Assembly: GCA_027343765.1 (NCBI GenBank)
Contig: DAHWKG010000098.1
Location: 46,411 to 110,410 of the forward strand
DNA: 64,000 nucleotides
Origin: Sulfobacillus sp.
GTDB lineage: Bacteria > Bacillota > Sulfobacillia > Sulfobacillales > Sulfobacillaceae
Direction of reading: 5' to 3'
Shown in pieces: positions 29,649 to 39,281 of the stretch. The notes beneath the pieces were generated by a model that ran no database searches, was not told where the DNA came from, and saw only the letters and a program-made list of their open reading frames with translations. A program made the position numbers and the translations under genes. How positions within the stretch are numbered: the stretch's first letter is position 1; each line of letters begins with the position of its first letter.

Positions 29649-30503
29649 GTGAAGAATACGGTACAGGATGAACATCATATCGGGCGATGGCTGGAAAAGC
29701 CGGTCCGGAGTAGCGGCCAGACGCTCTTTCGCCGCTGGGTTATCAAAACCCACTTAGTGCGGCCCGGAGAACGTCTCGTGGAGACGCTAGCTCCATACTT
29801 GGTGGGGCGTTTGGAGCCCCAGGACATCTTGGTGTTGAGCGAGAAAGTGGTCGCCGTTTCCGAGGGTCGGGTGGTCTTGTTAAGCCGCGTGAAGCCTCGG
29901 GCGATGGCGCGATTTCTGGCCCGGCGGGTGCGGCCGTTGGGATATGGTCTCGGACTGAGGCGGCCTGAGACTATGGAAATGGCCATCCGCGAGGCAGGTA
30001 GCCTGCGCATCCTGGCGGCGGCGGTAGCGGGCGCATTGGATCGTTTTATGGGCCGGAGTGGTGGCTTCTATCGCATTGCCGGGCGCCGGGTGGCGTCCAT
30101 TGATGGGCCGGGCCCTACCACGATTCCCCCTTTTAACAAATATATTGTTCTGGCACCGCATCATCCAGAGGATGTGTTGGCGAGCATCCAGAGGCGGTTT
30201 GGGTGTGAGGCCGCGGTGGTGGATGTCAACGATGTGGGGAGCGAGGTGCTGGCCCAAACGCCGGGTCTTGACGTACGAGCGGTGCAGCAGTTGCTTCGCG
30301 ACAACCCCATGGGCCAAGGGGCGCAGGGGACGCCTATCGGGGTCTTGCGTCCGGTCCGGGAGATAAAAGAGGTGACCGATTGGCCTAATCACCGAGCCCC
30401 ATCGGGAGTGGCGTGGGTCATGCCTTTTGGTGGGGCTGCAGACGTTGCCCTCCGCATTGGTGCCGACACAGGGGATCCCGTCGAGCGCGTGGTTGATTTA
30501 TAA
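29649..30503 (+). CDS. CofE-like (F420-0:gamma-glutamyl ligase family) protein
   Basis: THLVRPGE, LSEKVVAVSEGR, IDGPG, VVDVND, DNPMGQG.QGTP. Confidence 0.7.
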   Translation: MKNTVQDEHHIGRWLEKPVRSSGQTLFRRWVIKTHLVRPGERLVETLAPYLVGRLEPQDILVLSEKVVAVSEGRVVLLSRVKPRAMARFLARRVRPLGYGLGLRRPETMEMAIREAGSLRILAAAVAGALDRFMGRSGGFYRIAGRRVASIDGPGPTTIPPFNKYIVLAPHHPEDVLASIQRRFGCEAAVVDVNDVGSEVLAQTPGLDVRAVQQLLRDNPMGQGAQGTPIGVLRPVREIKEVTDWPNHRAPSGVAWVMPFGGAADVALRIGADTGDPVERVVDL

Positions 30504-30564
30504 TGGAGTCAGCGTCAGCACCCTCGTAAAGGCGGTGAGCGGACGACCCTTAGGGTCGGAGCTT

Positions 30565-31629
30565 ATGGACATATTTGAGGAGATGAAACGCCGGGGTCAC
30601 GAACAGGTGATTTTCAACTACGACCGTGCCTCGGGATTGAAGGCGATTATCGCCATTCACGACACCACCTTAGGCCCCGCGTTGGGCGGGTGCCGAATGT
30701 TGCCCTATGCCTCGGAGGAGGCCGCATTGACAGATGTTTTGCGGTTGTCTGAAGGGATGACATACAAGGCTGCAGCGGCAGGGTTGGACTTCGGTGGAGG
30801 TAAAACGGTCATCATCGGGGATCCGGCGACCGACAAGACGGATTTGCTCTTTCGCGCCTTGGGGCGGTTTCTTGAAACGCTACACGGCCGCTATCGCACG
30901 GGCGAAGATGTCGGCACCTCGGAAGATGATTTTGTCCATGCGTGGAAGGAAACCCGCTATTTGGTAGGGTTGCCTCAAGCGTATGGGGGATCGGGCGACA
31001 CCGGAGACAATACCGCGCTCGGTGTGATCGAGGCGATTCATGCAGCTCTCATGCACCGTTATGGCTCTCCTTCGCTTAAGGGGCGGCGGATGGCAATCCA
31101 GGGGCTGGGCAAGGTCGGCTATCATGTCGCTCGACGTGCCGTCGAGGAGGGGGCCGAGGTGATCGCTGCCGATATCAATCCGCACGTCGTCGGCCGCGTC
31201 GCCTCGGAACTCGGGATTGAGCCCACCGATCCCTGGGCGGTCCTGGAAACGGAGTGCGATGTGTTTTCGCCGTGTGCCCTCGGAAACGTGATTAATAGCG
31301 AGACGCTCGACCGGTTGAAATGTCAGGTTATTGCGGGGTCTGCCAACAATCAGTTGGAAGAGGTCGGTATGGCCGAGGCGCTTTCCAAGCGCGGAATTTT
31401 GTATGCGCCCGACTTTATCGCCAATGCGGGTGGATTGATTCAAGTGGCCAACGAGATTCAGGGATACCATGTTGAACGCGTGCGCCATCAAATCGAGGCC
31501 ATTTATGACGTGTTGCTGGCCATTTTTGACGAGGCGGACCGTCGCGGAGGATCTACCATGGAAGTGGCCTTGGAGCACGTCAAGGGGCGGTTAGAGGCCT
31601 TACATGCCATCCATCGGGTTCACGCTTAA
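30565..31629 (+). CDS. Leu/Val/Phe amino-acid dehydrogenase
   Basis: AIHDTTLGPALGGCR, GMTYK, GGGK, EDVG, QGLGKVG, GSANNQL, PDFIANAGG. Confidence 0.93.
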   Translation: MDIFEEMKRRGHEQVIFNYDRASGLKAIIAIHDTTLGPALGGCRMLPYASEEAALTDVLRLSEGMTYKAAAAGLDFGGGKTVIIGDPATDKTDLLFRALGRFLETLHGRYRTGEDVGTSEDDFVHAWKETRYLVGLPQAYGGSGDTGDNTALGVIEAIHAALMHRYGSPSLKGRRMAIQGLGKVGYHVARRAVEEGAEVIAADINPHVVGRVASELGIEPTDPWAVLETECDVFSPCALGNVINSETLDRLKCQVIAGSANNQLEEVGMAEALSKRGILYAPDFIANAGGLIQVANEIQGYHVERVRHQIEAIYDVLLAIFDEADRRGGSTMEVALEHVKGRLEALHAIHRVHA

Positions 31630-31641
31630 GAAAGGGGGATA

Positions 31642-33288
31642 ATGATGGCGGTCGATTATCAGAAACCGGAGGGGCGCGGGTTTTCCGAAAGTTCCGACCC
31701 ATATCGGGGAAACCGGCAATACCGGACCTTGTCCGGGATTCCCATTAAGGACACGTATACAGCCGAGGACTTGCCCGATCCTGGTATGATTGGCAGCCCC
31801 GGTAGTTACCCCTATACGCGCGGCATTCATAAGACCATGTATCGGGGTAGGCTCTGGACGATGCGCCAATTCGCTGGATTTGGCACAGCCCGGGAAACCA
31901 ACCAGCGGTTTCGCTATCTCTTGGATCACGGCCAGACGGGACTGTCGGTGGCCTTTGACATGCCCACCTTAATGGGGCTCGATTCCGACGATCCTCATAG
32001 TTTAGGAGAAGTGGGCCGCGAAGGCGTGGCCATTGACACGGTCGCCGACATGGAGCGTCTTTTTCAAGATATTCCCCTGGACCAGGTGTCCACGTCAATG
32101 ACCATCAATGGTCCTGGCCCCATTATCTGGGCCATGTATCTGGTGGCTTCTGAGCGGCAAGGTGTTTCATGGGACAAGTTGCGGGGGACCTTGCAGGCGG
32201 ACATTTTGAAGGAGTATATCGCCCAAAAGGAGTGGCTGTTTCCTCCTCGTCCCTCCATGCGAGTGATTGTTGACATGATGGCATTTGCCACCGAGCACGT
32301 GCCCCAATGGAATTCGATTAGCATTAGCGGCTATCATATTCGCGAGGCGGGAGCGACAGCTGCCCAGGAGTTGGCCTTCACATTAGCGGACGGATTTGCC
32401 TATGTGGAAGCAGGAATCAAAGCGGGCCTGGATGTTAATAAGTTCGCGCCGAGGCTGTCCTTCTTCTTTAATTCGCATATTGACTTCTTTGAGGAAATCG
32501 CCAAATTCCGTGCGGCACGCCGAATTTGGGCGCGACATCTGAAAGAAAAATACGGAGCCACGAACCCCAAGGCCTGGACCATGCGTTTTCATACCCAGAC
32601 AGCCGGATGTTCGTTAACGGCCCAACAGCCCGAGAATAATATTGTCCGTACCGCGTTTGAAGCCTTGGCTGCCGTCCTCGGGGGAACCCAATCGTTGCAC
32701 ACCAACTCTATGGACGAGGTCTTGTCGCTGCCCACGGAGAAGGCGGTTAAGATTGCCCTTCGCACCCAGCAGATTATTGCTTATGAAACGGGCGTGACCA
32801 ACACCGTGGATCCGTTGGCGGGTTCCTATTTTGTGGAAGCGTTAACCGACGAGATGGAACGGCAAGCAGAGGAATACTTCCAGCGCATTGACGAGATGGG
32901 CGGTGTGCTGAATGGGATCGAAAACGGGTTTTTCCAGCGGGAAATCGCTGAAGCCTCCTATCGCTACCAAAAGGAACTCGAGAACCACGAACAAATTATG
33001 GTGGGAGTTAACGCGTTTCAGGAACCCACCGAGGAAAAGATCCCCATCTTGAAGATTGATCCGGCGATCGAAAAAGAACAGGTGGCCCAAGTCGCCGCTT
33101 GGCGTTCCCGTCGGGATGCATCGGCGGTGGAACGGACACTTGGGACGTTGCGGGATCGGTGCCAGGATCCGACAGCACCGCTGATGCCGGCGATTATTGA
33201 CTGTGTCCGTGCCGGAGCGACAGAAGGGGAAATTTCCCAGGCGATGAAAGATGTGTTCGGAACCTGGCGAGAGCGCCCCGTGTTTTAG
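31642..33288 (+). CDS. B12-dependent acyl-CoA mutase large subunit, isobutyryl-CoA mutase type
   Basis: [48 protein letters not shown]; no DxHxxG B12-binding domain. Confidence 0.88.
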   Translation: MMAVDYQKPEGRGFSESSDPYRGNRQYRTLSGIPIKDTYTAEDLPDPGMIGSPGSYPYTRGIHKTMYRGRLWTMRQFAGFGTARETNQRFRYLLDHGQTGLSVAFDMPTLMGLDSDDPHSLGEVGREGVAIDTVADMERLFQDIPLDQVSTSMTINGPGPIIWAMYLVASERQGVSWDKLRGTLQADILKEYIAQKEWLFPPRPSMRVIVDMMAFATEHVPQWNSISISGYHIREAGATAAQELAFTLADGFAYVEAGIKAGLDVNKFAPRLSFFFNSHIDFFEEIAKFRAARRIWARHLKEKYGATNPKAWTMRFHTQTAGCSLTAQQPENNIVRTAFEALAAVLGGTQSLHTNSMDEVLSLPTEKAVKIALRTQQIIAYETGVTNTVDPLAGSYFVEALTDEMERQAEEYFQRIDEMGGVLNGIENGFFQREIAEASYRYQKELENHEQIMVGVNAFQEPTEEKIPILKIDPAIEKEQVAQVAAWRSRRDASAVERTLGTLRDRCQDPTAPLMPAIIDCVRAGATEGEISQAMKDVFGTWRERPVF

Positions 33289-33376
33289 GGCATCCAGCGG
33301 AAAAGTGCCGCCTGCCGGTTGCAGGCGGCTTTTCTTGTTGGCATCAATGGGCGCTCCCTTCCATAGGGTGATACGG

Positions 33377-34183
33377 ATGGGGGGGAGGCATTTGACCCGA
33401 TGGGAAAACTTTCGTTGCCTCGTAACCGGAGGAACCCGGGGTATCGGCTATGCCATCGCGCAGCAACTGGTGGATAGGGGAGCGCAGGTGGCGATAGTAG
33501 GCCGGAATGAGGCACGCGTGCAAAGATCCGTAGAGGACCTGTCCCAGAGCGCTCCGGGACACGCCATCGGCGTGGTGGGGCTTATCGATGGCCAAGAGAG
33601 CACGGCTACGACGCTGGTAGAGAGCGCGTGCCGGGGGCTGGGCGGGCCGCTCGATGGGCTCGTCAACTGTGCTGGGGGTGCGACCGTCGGTCATGCCTTA
33701 GAAATTCCCTGGAGTATTTGGCAGCAGGATATGGCCGTGAAGTTTTGGGGCTATTTGGCGATGATTCGGGCCGTGGTGCCCGAGCTTAGGTCCCCGGGGG
33801 GCGTCATCGTCAATATTCTTGGCGTGGCCGGAAAGGATCCCAATCCGCGCCTAGCCCCGGGTACTGCCATCAATGGGGCGCTTCGCGGACTGACGAAAAT
33901 TCTCGCCGATGACCTCGCACCAGGGAGAATTCGGGTGGTGGCCGTCAATCCCGGAGCGACCGACACCGGCCTATTACGGGAGATGGCTCGCGGATATGCG
34001 CAATTGAACGGCACCACAGTAGACCAGGCCGAACGGGCTCTCAGATCGTCCGGTCCGCTTGGCCGCCTACCCGTGGCTCAGGATATCGCCCACGCTGTGG
34101 TATTTTTGATGTCAGAGGAGGCAGCCCTGGTCACCGGGACTAGCCTCGACATTGATGGCGGGGTGCACCGCGGCCCCGCTTAG
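33377..34183 (+). CDS. SDR-family oxidoreductase (atypical)
   Basis: TGGTRGIG, VNCAG, VNPG.T.T, TG..L.IDGG; no canonical YxxxK; start may be TTG 33392. Confidence 0.85.
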   Translation: MGGRHLTRWENFRCLVTGGTRGIGYAIAQQLVDRGAQVAIVGRNEARVQRSVEDLSQSAPGHAIGVVGLIDGQESTATTLVESACRGLGGPLDGLVNCAGGATVGHALEIPWSIWQQDMAVKFWGYLAMIRAVVPELRSPGGVIVNILGVAGKDPNPRLAPGTAINGALRGLTKILADDLAPGRIRVVAVNPGATDTGLLREMARGYAQLNGTTVDQAERALRSSGPLGRLPVAQDIAHAVVFLMSEEAALVTGTSLDIDGGVHRGPA

Positions 34184-34198
34184 AAGTGGGGCGATCGC

Positions 34199-35707
34199 TT
34201 GCCGACCTTTTGGACGCATTTCACATCAGCCCATCCTCAGATCACGGTTCTCGTCACCGAGGGCTCGCGGATACTGTTCTCCGGCGATGAGAGACTCCTG
34301 GCGGAACGGCGAAGCACCGATCCGGTCCACGATTTAGAGGGCGCCTTTGTGACCCCGGGGCTCTGGGACAGCCATATACACCTCTTGGATTACGGGCGTA
34401 GTTTTCGTCGGCTGAACTTTAGTCCCGATGACACGCTAGACGAGGTCGCCCAGGCAGTACGGGAGCGGGCGCACTGTCTCCCCGCGGGCCAGTGGATTCT
34501 CGGTGCAGGGTGGAATCGGGTGCGGTTCTCGGAGCCTCCGCGGGCGGAGGTTCTTGACCGGCTGGCTCCGGGCCACCCGGTGCTTTTGATGAGCTGGGAC
34601 TACCACACGGCTTGGCTTAATCGGGTGGCTCTCGAGCGTCTGGGGTTTAGCCTGTCGGATGCACCCGGCGACCGGGACGTGCATGGCCGCTGGACCGGGA
34701 TTATTCGGGAAGCCGAGGCATTTTCCGCCCAGGAACGCGCCATGGCACAGGATGACACCGAGCCCCAGGAAGACTTGGCGCGTGGAATGCGCGAAGCGGC
34801 TAAACTCGGCCTAACCGGGGTGACAACAATCGAAAATGGCCGGGGTCTCGCGGCCCTCATGGCCGGGCCTCGGGTTTTGCGTGCCGGCGTGTTTTTGCGG
34901 GCAGACCATGCTTCGTCGTTGTTGGACTTAGGGATGCGCGCGGGATTCGGCGACGAGTGGGTGCGCATTCTGGGCATTAAATGGTTCTTGGACGGGGCCT
35001 TGGGGTCGGGCACCGCTTGGCTGAAGGAACCCTATTGTGACGATGGTAAGAATTACGGCATCGACGCCCGACCTCATAAAAATTTAGAAGCAGAAGCGGC
35101 ACGGCTTCACGAGGCTGGCCTTCTATTGGCGGTTCACGCCATCGGGGATCGGGCGGTTGAGGAAGCTCAGCGCGCGTTGGCTCACGCCCCCGCGTTGGGG
35201 GATGGCCAACGTTCTCGCATCGAACATGCGCAACTCATAGCCGATGAGGATTTGGATGCGATTTCAGAGAGTGACACCGCGCTTTCTATGCAGCCGGTGC
35301 ATTTGATGGTCGACCGGGCGATAGCGGAGCGGAAGTGGGGAGCGCGTCGTAGCCGCGCGGCGTTTCGATTCCGTGACATCGTCGACCGCGGAATCCCGTT
35401 GGTCTTCGGTTCTGACGCTCCGGTGGCCAGTCCCAACCCAATTCTGGGCCTTTGGGCGGCCGTTCATCAGGCCGCGCCAGGTGAAAGCGCCTGGCACCCG
35501 GAACAAGCGTTGACGCCCGATGAGGCGCTGGCGGCCTATACCCGGACACCGGCCCTGATTGACGGGAGGCCAGCGGGGGTGCTGGCGCCTGGCTACCTAT
35601 CGGATTTGACACTCTGGGATGGCGACCCCCGCGTCGCACTTATCCACAGCGACTTTGACGGCCTTCGCGTGCGAGGTACGGTAGTCGGGGGAGCCCGAAT
35701 CGGCTAA
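34199..35707 (+). CDS. amidohydrolase 3 family (YtcJ-like)
   Basis: PGLWDSHIH, K.FLDGALGS.TA, HAIGDRA, RIEHAQ, GSDAPV. Confidence 0.9.
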   Translation: MPTFWTHFTSAHPQITVLVTEGSRILFSGDERLLAERRSTDPVHDLEGAFVTPGLWDSHIHLLDYGRSFRRLNFSPDDTLDEVAQAVRERAHCLPAGQWILGAGWNRVRFSEPPRAEVLDRLAPGHPVLLMSWDYHTAWLNRVALERLGFSLSDAPGDRDVHGRWTGIIREAEAFSAQERAMAQDDTEPQEDLARGMREAAKLGLTGVTTIENGRGLAALMAGPRVLRAGVFLRADHASSLLDLGMRAGFGDEWVRILGIKWFLDGALGSGTAWLKEPYCDDGKNYGIDARPHKNLEAEAARLHEAGLLLAVHAIGDRAVEEAQRALAHAPALGDGQRSRIEHAQLIADEDLDAISESDTALSMQPVHLMVDRAIAERKWGARRSRAAFRFRDIVDRGIPLVFGSDAPVASPNPILGLWAAVHQAAPGESAWHPEQALTPDEALAAYTRTPALIDGRPAGVLAPGYLSDLTLWDGDPRVALIHSDFDGLRVRGTVVGGARIG

Positions 35708-35816
35708 AAGCGGGGCCACGATTAGACTTTGAGGATGTCGATTGATGTGGATATTTTGGGGATAAACGTGTTTAAAAACTGTGGATGATGTGTGTGTAAC
35801 GGCAGGATTTTCCACA
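35640..35816. promoter_or_regulatory. DnaA-box cluster
   Basis: TTATCCACA 35640 (perfect); TGTGGATAT 35746, TGGGGATAA 35757, TGTTTAAAA 35769, TGTGGATGA 35780, TGTGTGTAA 35791; inverted TTTTCCACA 35808. Confidence 0.7.
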
Positions 35817-35867
35817 GCCAACCAAGAAAGAGGTGGTGAGAGCATGAAGATTTGAGGAGGGAATTTC

Positions 35868-36122
35868 GTGCTAGACGAACGGTGTCCCACTTGCGGGTCA
35901 GAAGATGTGGTGGTCACGGGGCCATTAACGATTGAAGGGCCGAGCGCCACGGTGACGGTCGTGCAAGGGCGGCAGTGCACCCTCTGCGGGAACTTGCAGG
36001 TGATGATTCCGCAAGCGCTCTTGGTGCGGCTATATCCGCCCGGGGTTCGCCATTTGACTGAGGCACGGAGGTCGCGACTGAAACAGCGACGACGCACGCG
36101 GCGCCACCAACTGGGAATCTAG
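35868..36122 (+). CDS. small zinc-ribbon protein (CxxC..CxxC, YgiT/MqsA-N-like) with Arg-rich tail
   Basis: CPTCG..CTLCG; GAGGAGG RBS + GTG; followed by terminator. Confidence 0.8.
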   Translation: MLDERCPTCGSEDVVVTGPLTIEGPSATVTVVQGRQCTLCGNLQVMIPQALLVRLYPPGVRHLTEARRSRLKQRRRTRRHQLGI

Positions 36123-36140
36123 TACAGTAAGTACATAGAT

Positions 36141-36165
36141 GGCGGTCGGTTTCCGACCGTCTTTT
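36141..36165 (+). terminator. rho-independent terminator
   Basis: GGCGGTCGG-ttt-CCGACCGTC + TTTT. Confidence 0.7.
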
Positions 36166-36257
36166 GTCATGGAGCTTCCCTTGATTTCGGCAGGACAAAC
36201 CGCCAAACTATTCGCGAGGGCTTCCGAATAGGAAGTCGGCAGCCGAGGGGGGTTCCG

Positions 36258-37097
36258 GTGAAGACCGATACGTCATGGGAGAACATACTGCGCCAAGGGG
36301 ATTACTTGGCACCCGCCGACATGGCCCTAATGGTGGGACTGGCCGTTAAGATGGGGCGACCGTTGCTGCTGGAAGGTCCGAGCGGCACGGGCAAAACCAT
36401 GCTGGCATACGCGGCAGCGCGCGGATTGAACCGCCCGCTCATCCGGTTATCCTGTTATGAAGGGTTGGGTGCCAATGAGGCGCTCTACGATTGGAACTAT
36501 CACGTGCAGTGGGTCCGCATGAATCAGGATCAAGCGGTTGATCCTTTCAGTGAAGAGTTCCTGCTCGAGCGACCCCTCTTACGGGCCGTGCGGAATCCCG
36601 ATTCTGTGTTGTTGATTGATGAGGTCGACCGCGCCGACGAAGCTTTTGAGGCACTCCTGCTAGAATATCTGAGCGAGTTTCAGATCTCCTTGCCCGAGCA
36701 TGGGACAATTCGCGCCGATCATCCGCCCCTCACGGTGCTGACCTCGAACCGCCAGCGTCCGCTCTCCGACGCCTTGCGCCGTCGATGTCTCTATGTATTC
36801 GTGGATTGGCCGGATCGCGATCGCGAGGGCGACATTGTGCAATATCATGTTCCGGAACTCCCGGATGCGGTCCGCCAACGGGTGGTTGATGCTGTGCGCC
36901 TTATGCGACAATGGGATCTCATTAAGCCGCCTGGGCTTTCCGAGAGCATTGATTGGGCCAAGGCCGCGGCCTTGGAGGGCCTCACCCTGTGGGAGCGGTC
37001 TTGGATTGAAAAGACCTTGGGACTGGTCGTTAAGGACGCGCTGGATTTGGAACGTGTGCGCGAGCGCATGGAATTCTTGGTCGATCCGAGTACGTGA
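36258..37097 (+). CDS. MoxR-type AAA+ ATPase (CoxD-like)
   Basis: LLEGPSGTGKT, CYEGL, LYDWNY, LIDEVDRAD, ALRRRC. Confidence 0.9.
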   Translation: MKTDTSWENILRQGDYLAPADMALMVGLAVKMGRPLLLEGPSGTGKTMLAYAAARGLNRPLIRLSCYEGLGANEALYDWNYHVQWVRMNQDQAVDPFSEEFLLERPLLRAVRNPDSVLLIDEVDRADEAFEALLLEYLSEFQISLPEHGTIRADHPPLTVLTSNRQRPLSDALRRRCLYVFVDWPDRDREGDIVQYHVPELPDAVRQRVVDAVRLMRQWDLIKPPGLSESIDWAKAAALEGLTLWERSWIEKTLGLVVKDALDLERVRERMEFLVDPST

Positions 37098-37130
37098 CTG
37101 ACGGCACCGACGGCCGGGGCGCGAAGCCCG

Positions 37131-37955
37131 ATGGCCGACTCGACCTCCCAAGGTATGGAGGACGGGGCCGACGTCGGCGAGGAGGACGCTCTGGTCTTTC
37201 GTCGTACCCGGGCGAGTTGGGGGGCGGGGCATACCATTAATGCGGGGCTTCCCGAGCGACTGCCGGACTGGCTTCAACAGTGGTCTCAGGTCGTTCGGTA
37301 TGATAGACCAGCGCGGAGCGGGAAAGCCCGAGGGCCCCGTCAGCGGGTTGACTGGCGGCGGACCTTAAAACGCTGGGCGAGGATGGGCCACCAAGACGGC
37401 CAGTTAATCTGGCGGCGGGAGCCGGCCCGTCAAGGGCGCGTGGTCGTACTATGGGACATTTCCGGGTCGATGGCCGCCTACGTGGGCTGGTATTATCCCT
37501 GGCTCTATCGCTTGGTGTCGCTGTCGGCCGACGTCCAGGTGTTTGGATTTGGCACAGCGATTGAGAATTTGACGCCCTTCATGAACGCCAGTTATCGTGC
37601 GTCGGTCCGCACGCTGTACGAAAAGACGAGTGGATGGGGCAGTGGAACGGCGATGGGGCAGGTGTTTGAAACCTTTGTAGCAGAGCATGGAGGGCAGCTT
37701 TTGTCGCCCCGCACGAAGGTGGTCATCATTTCGGATGGGTGGGATGTCGGAGACCCGGAGCGGTTGGGGAGATCTCTACGCGAGATGGCGAGCCGGACGG
37801 AATCCATTCTCTGGATTAATCCCTTAATGGTGACGACCGGGTTTGAACCGCGTACGCGAGCTTTGGTCATGGCCCGCCACTACGCGCGGAAGATGGTCGC
37901 AGGGGCCGATCGACGAAGCCTCACGCGCTTGGCTTTTGAGTGGGGAGTCATTTAG
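37131..37955 (+). CDS. VWA-domain CoxE-like protein (short)
   Basis: DWRRT, DISGSM, GT, ISDGWD.G, WINPL. Confidence 0.82.
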   Translation: MADSTSQGMEDGADVGEEDALVFRRTRASWGAGHTINAGLPERLPDWLQQWSQVVRYDRPARSGKARGPRQRVDWRRTLKRWARMGHQDGQLIWRREPARQGRVVVLWDISGSMAAYVGWYYPWLYRLVSLSADVQVFGFGTAIENLTPFMNASYRASVRTLYEKTSGWGSGTAMGQVFETFVAEHGGQLLSPRTKVVIISDGWDVGDPERLGRSLREMASRTESILWINPLMVTTGFEPRTRALVMARHYARKMVAGADRRSLTRLAFEWGVI

Positions 37956-37977
37956 ACGCTAACAGGAAAGGGAGACG

Positions 37978-38790
37978 GTGAATATGAAACCGGCAGCATT
38001 TCAGTATCAGCGAGTCCGGTCCGTAGACGAGGCAATCGCCGCATTAGCCGAACCCGGCGCTAAAGTGATTGCCGGCGGACAGAGCTTAGTGCCGCTCATG
38101 AACTTTCGCTTGAGCCGCCCGGAAAAACTGGTGGATATTAATGACGTCAAGGAACTATCAGGAGTGACCCAAGAAGGCGGGGTCTTAAGGGTAGGGGCGC
38201 TTACGCGCCACCGCGTGCTGGCCTCAGACGCCTTAGTCGGCCAAGTCCTACCGGTGTTGCAGAAGGCGGCGCGCCATATTGGCCACTGGGCGATTCAGAA
38301 CCGCGGTACCATTGGGGGAAGCGTTGTGCATGCCGATCCCGCGGGAGAACTGCCGGCGGCCTTGGTCGCTTTGGAGGCCACCCTTCTCATCCGGGGACCG
38401 GAAGGGGAGCGGACCATTCCTGCCCAGGAATTTTTTCAGGGCTTTTACACCACCGCGCTTTCTGAAAATGAACTCTTGGTTCGGATCGAATTTCCCTTGC
38501 GACCACGTCGGATGGGCTTTGACGAGGTGGCTCGCCGACCGGGGGATTTCGCCTTGGTGGGCGCCTACGTGGAAGTCGGGCAACGAGGAGGTGCGGTCAC
38601 CTGGTTTGGGCTTCTGGGGCGTCCTGAGCGACAGGCGACTGACGCCTGGCCAAGTGATGCAGCGGGACGCGAGGCCAAGTTCGAGGCGCTTTGTCGCCAG
38701 AACGCCTTAGACCCCGAAGACGAGTACAAGTACCAAGTGGCGGCCACGGTGGCGGAACGTGCCTACCAGGACGCGCTCAAGGAGGGTTAA
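37978..38790 (+). CDS. molybdenum hydroxylase FAD-binding (medium) subunit
   Basis: MKPAAF.Y, AGGQSLVP, NRGTIGGS..HADP, RRPGDFA. Confidence 0.9.
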   Translation: MNMKPAAFQYQRVRSVDEAIAALAEPGAKVIAGGQSLVPLMNFRLSRPEKLVDINDVKELSGVTQEGGVLRVGALTRHRVLASDALVGQVLPVLQKAARHIGHWAIQNRGTIGGSVVHADPAGELPAALVALEATLLIRGPEGERTIPAQEFFQGFYTTALSENELLVRIEFPLRPRRMGFDEVARRPGDFALVGAYVEVGQRGGAVTWFGLLGRPERQATDAWPSDAAGREAKFEALCRQNALDPEDEYKYQVAATVAERAYQDALKEG

Positions 38791-38792
38791 GC

Positions 38793-39281
38793 ATGGCATC
38801 AGTGGAAGAGCGTCAATCCATTCATCTGTCCGTTAACGGCCGAGAATTTGAGGCCGATGTGTTCCCGCGGTGGACGCTGGCCGATGTGCTGCGTCATCAA
38901 ATGGGACTCACGGGTACGCATGTCGGTTGTGAACAGGGGGTGTGTGGGGCATGCACCGTGCTGTTGGATGGTGAACCTGTGCGCAGTTGTTTGATGTTTG
39001 CCGTGCAGGCAGAGGGTCAGGAAATCGTCACCGTGGAAGGGGTGACACCGGACGAGGGACTGTCACCGCTTCAAGAGGCCTTTCGGGCCCATCATGCGCT
39101 TCAGTGCGGATACTGTACCCCAGGGATGCTGCTTACGGCCGAGGCGTTATTGAAACGGAACCCGCATCCAGACGAGGAGGCCGTTCGCGCGGCCCTGACG
39201 GGGAATTTGTGCCGCTGCACGGGATATCAGTTTATTGTTGACGCGGTACTGGACGCGGCTCAAAGGGGAGGGGAGAAGTAA
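38793..39281 (+). CDS. molybdenum hydroxylase 2Fe-2S (small) subunit
   Basis: GCEQGVCGACT, QCGYCTPG, NLCRCTGY; start MASVEE behind GGAGG. Confidence 0.93.
   Translation: MASVEERQSIHLSVNGREFEADVFPRWTLADVLRHQMGLTGTHVGCEQGVCGACTVLLDGEPVRSCLMFAVQAEGQEIVTVEGVTPDEGLSPLQEAFRAHHALQCGYCTPGMLLTAEALLKRNPHPDEEAVRAALTGNLCRCTGYQFIVDAVLDAAQRGGEK

Noticed and set aside
31642-33288. Methylmalonyl-CoA mutase call
   Set aside because: Specificity residues are Phe/Gln, not Tyr/Arg
35640-35816. DnaA-box cluster as oriC
   Set aside because: No dnaA/dnaN/gyrB/rpmH context and no clear DnaA-trio/AT-rich unwinding element; cannot be fully excluded without GC skew
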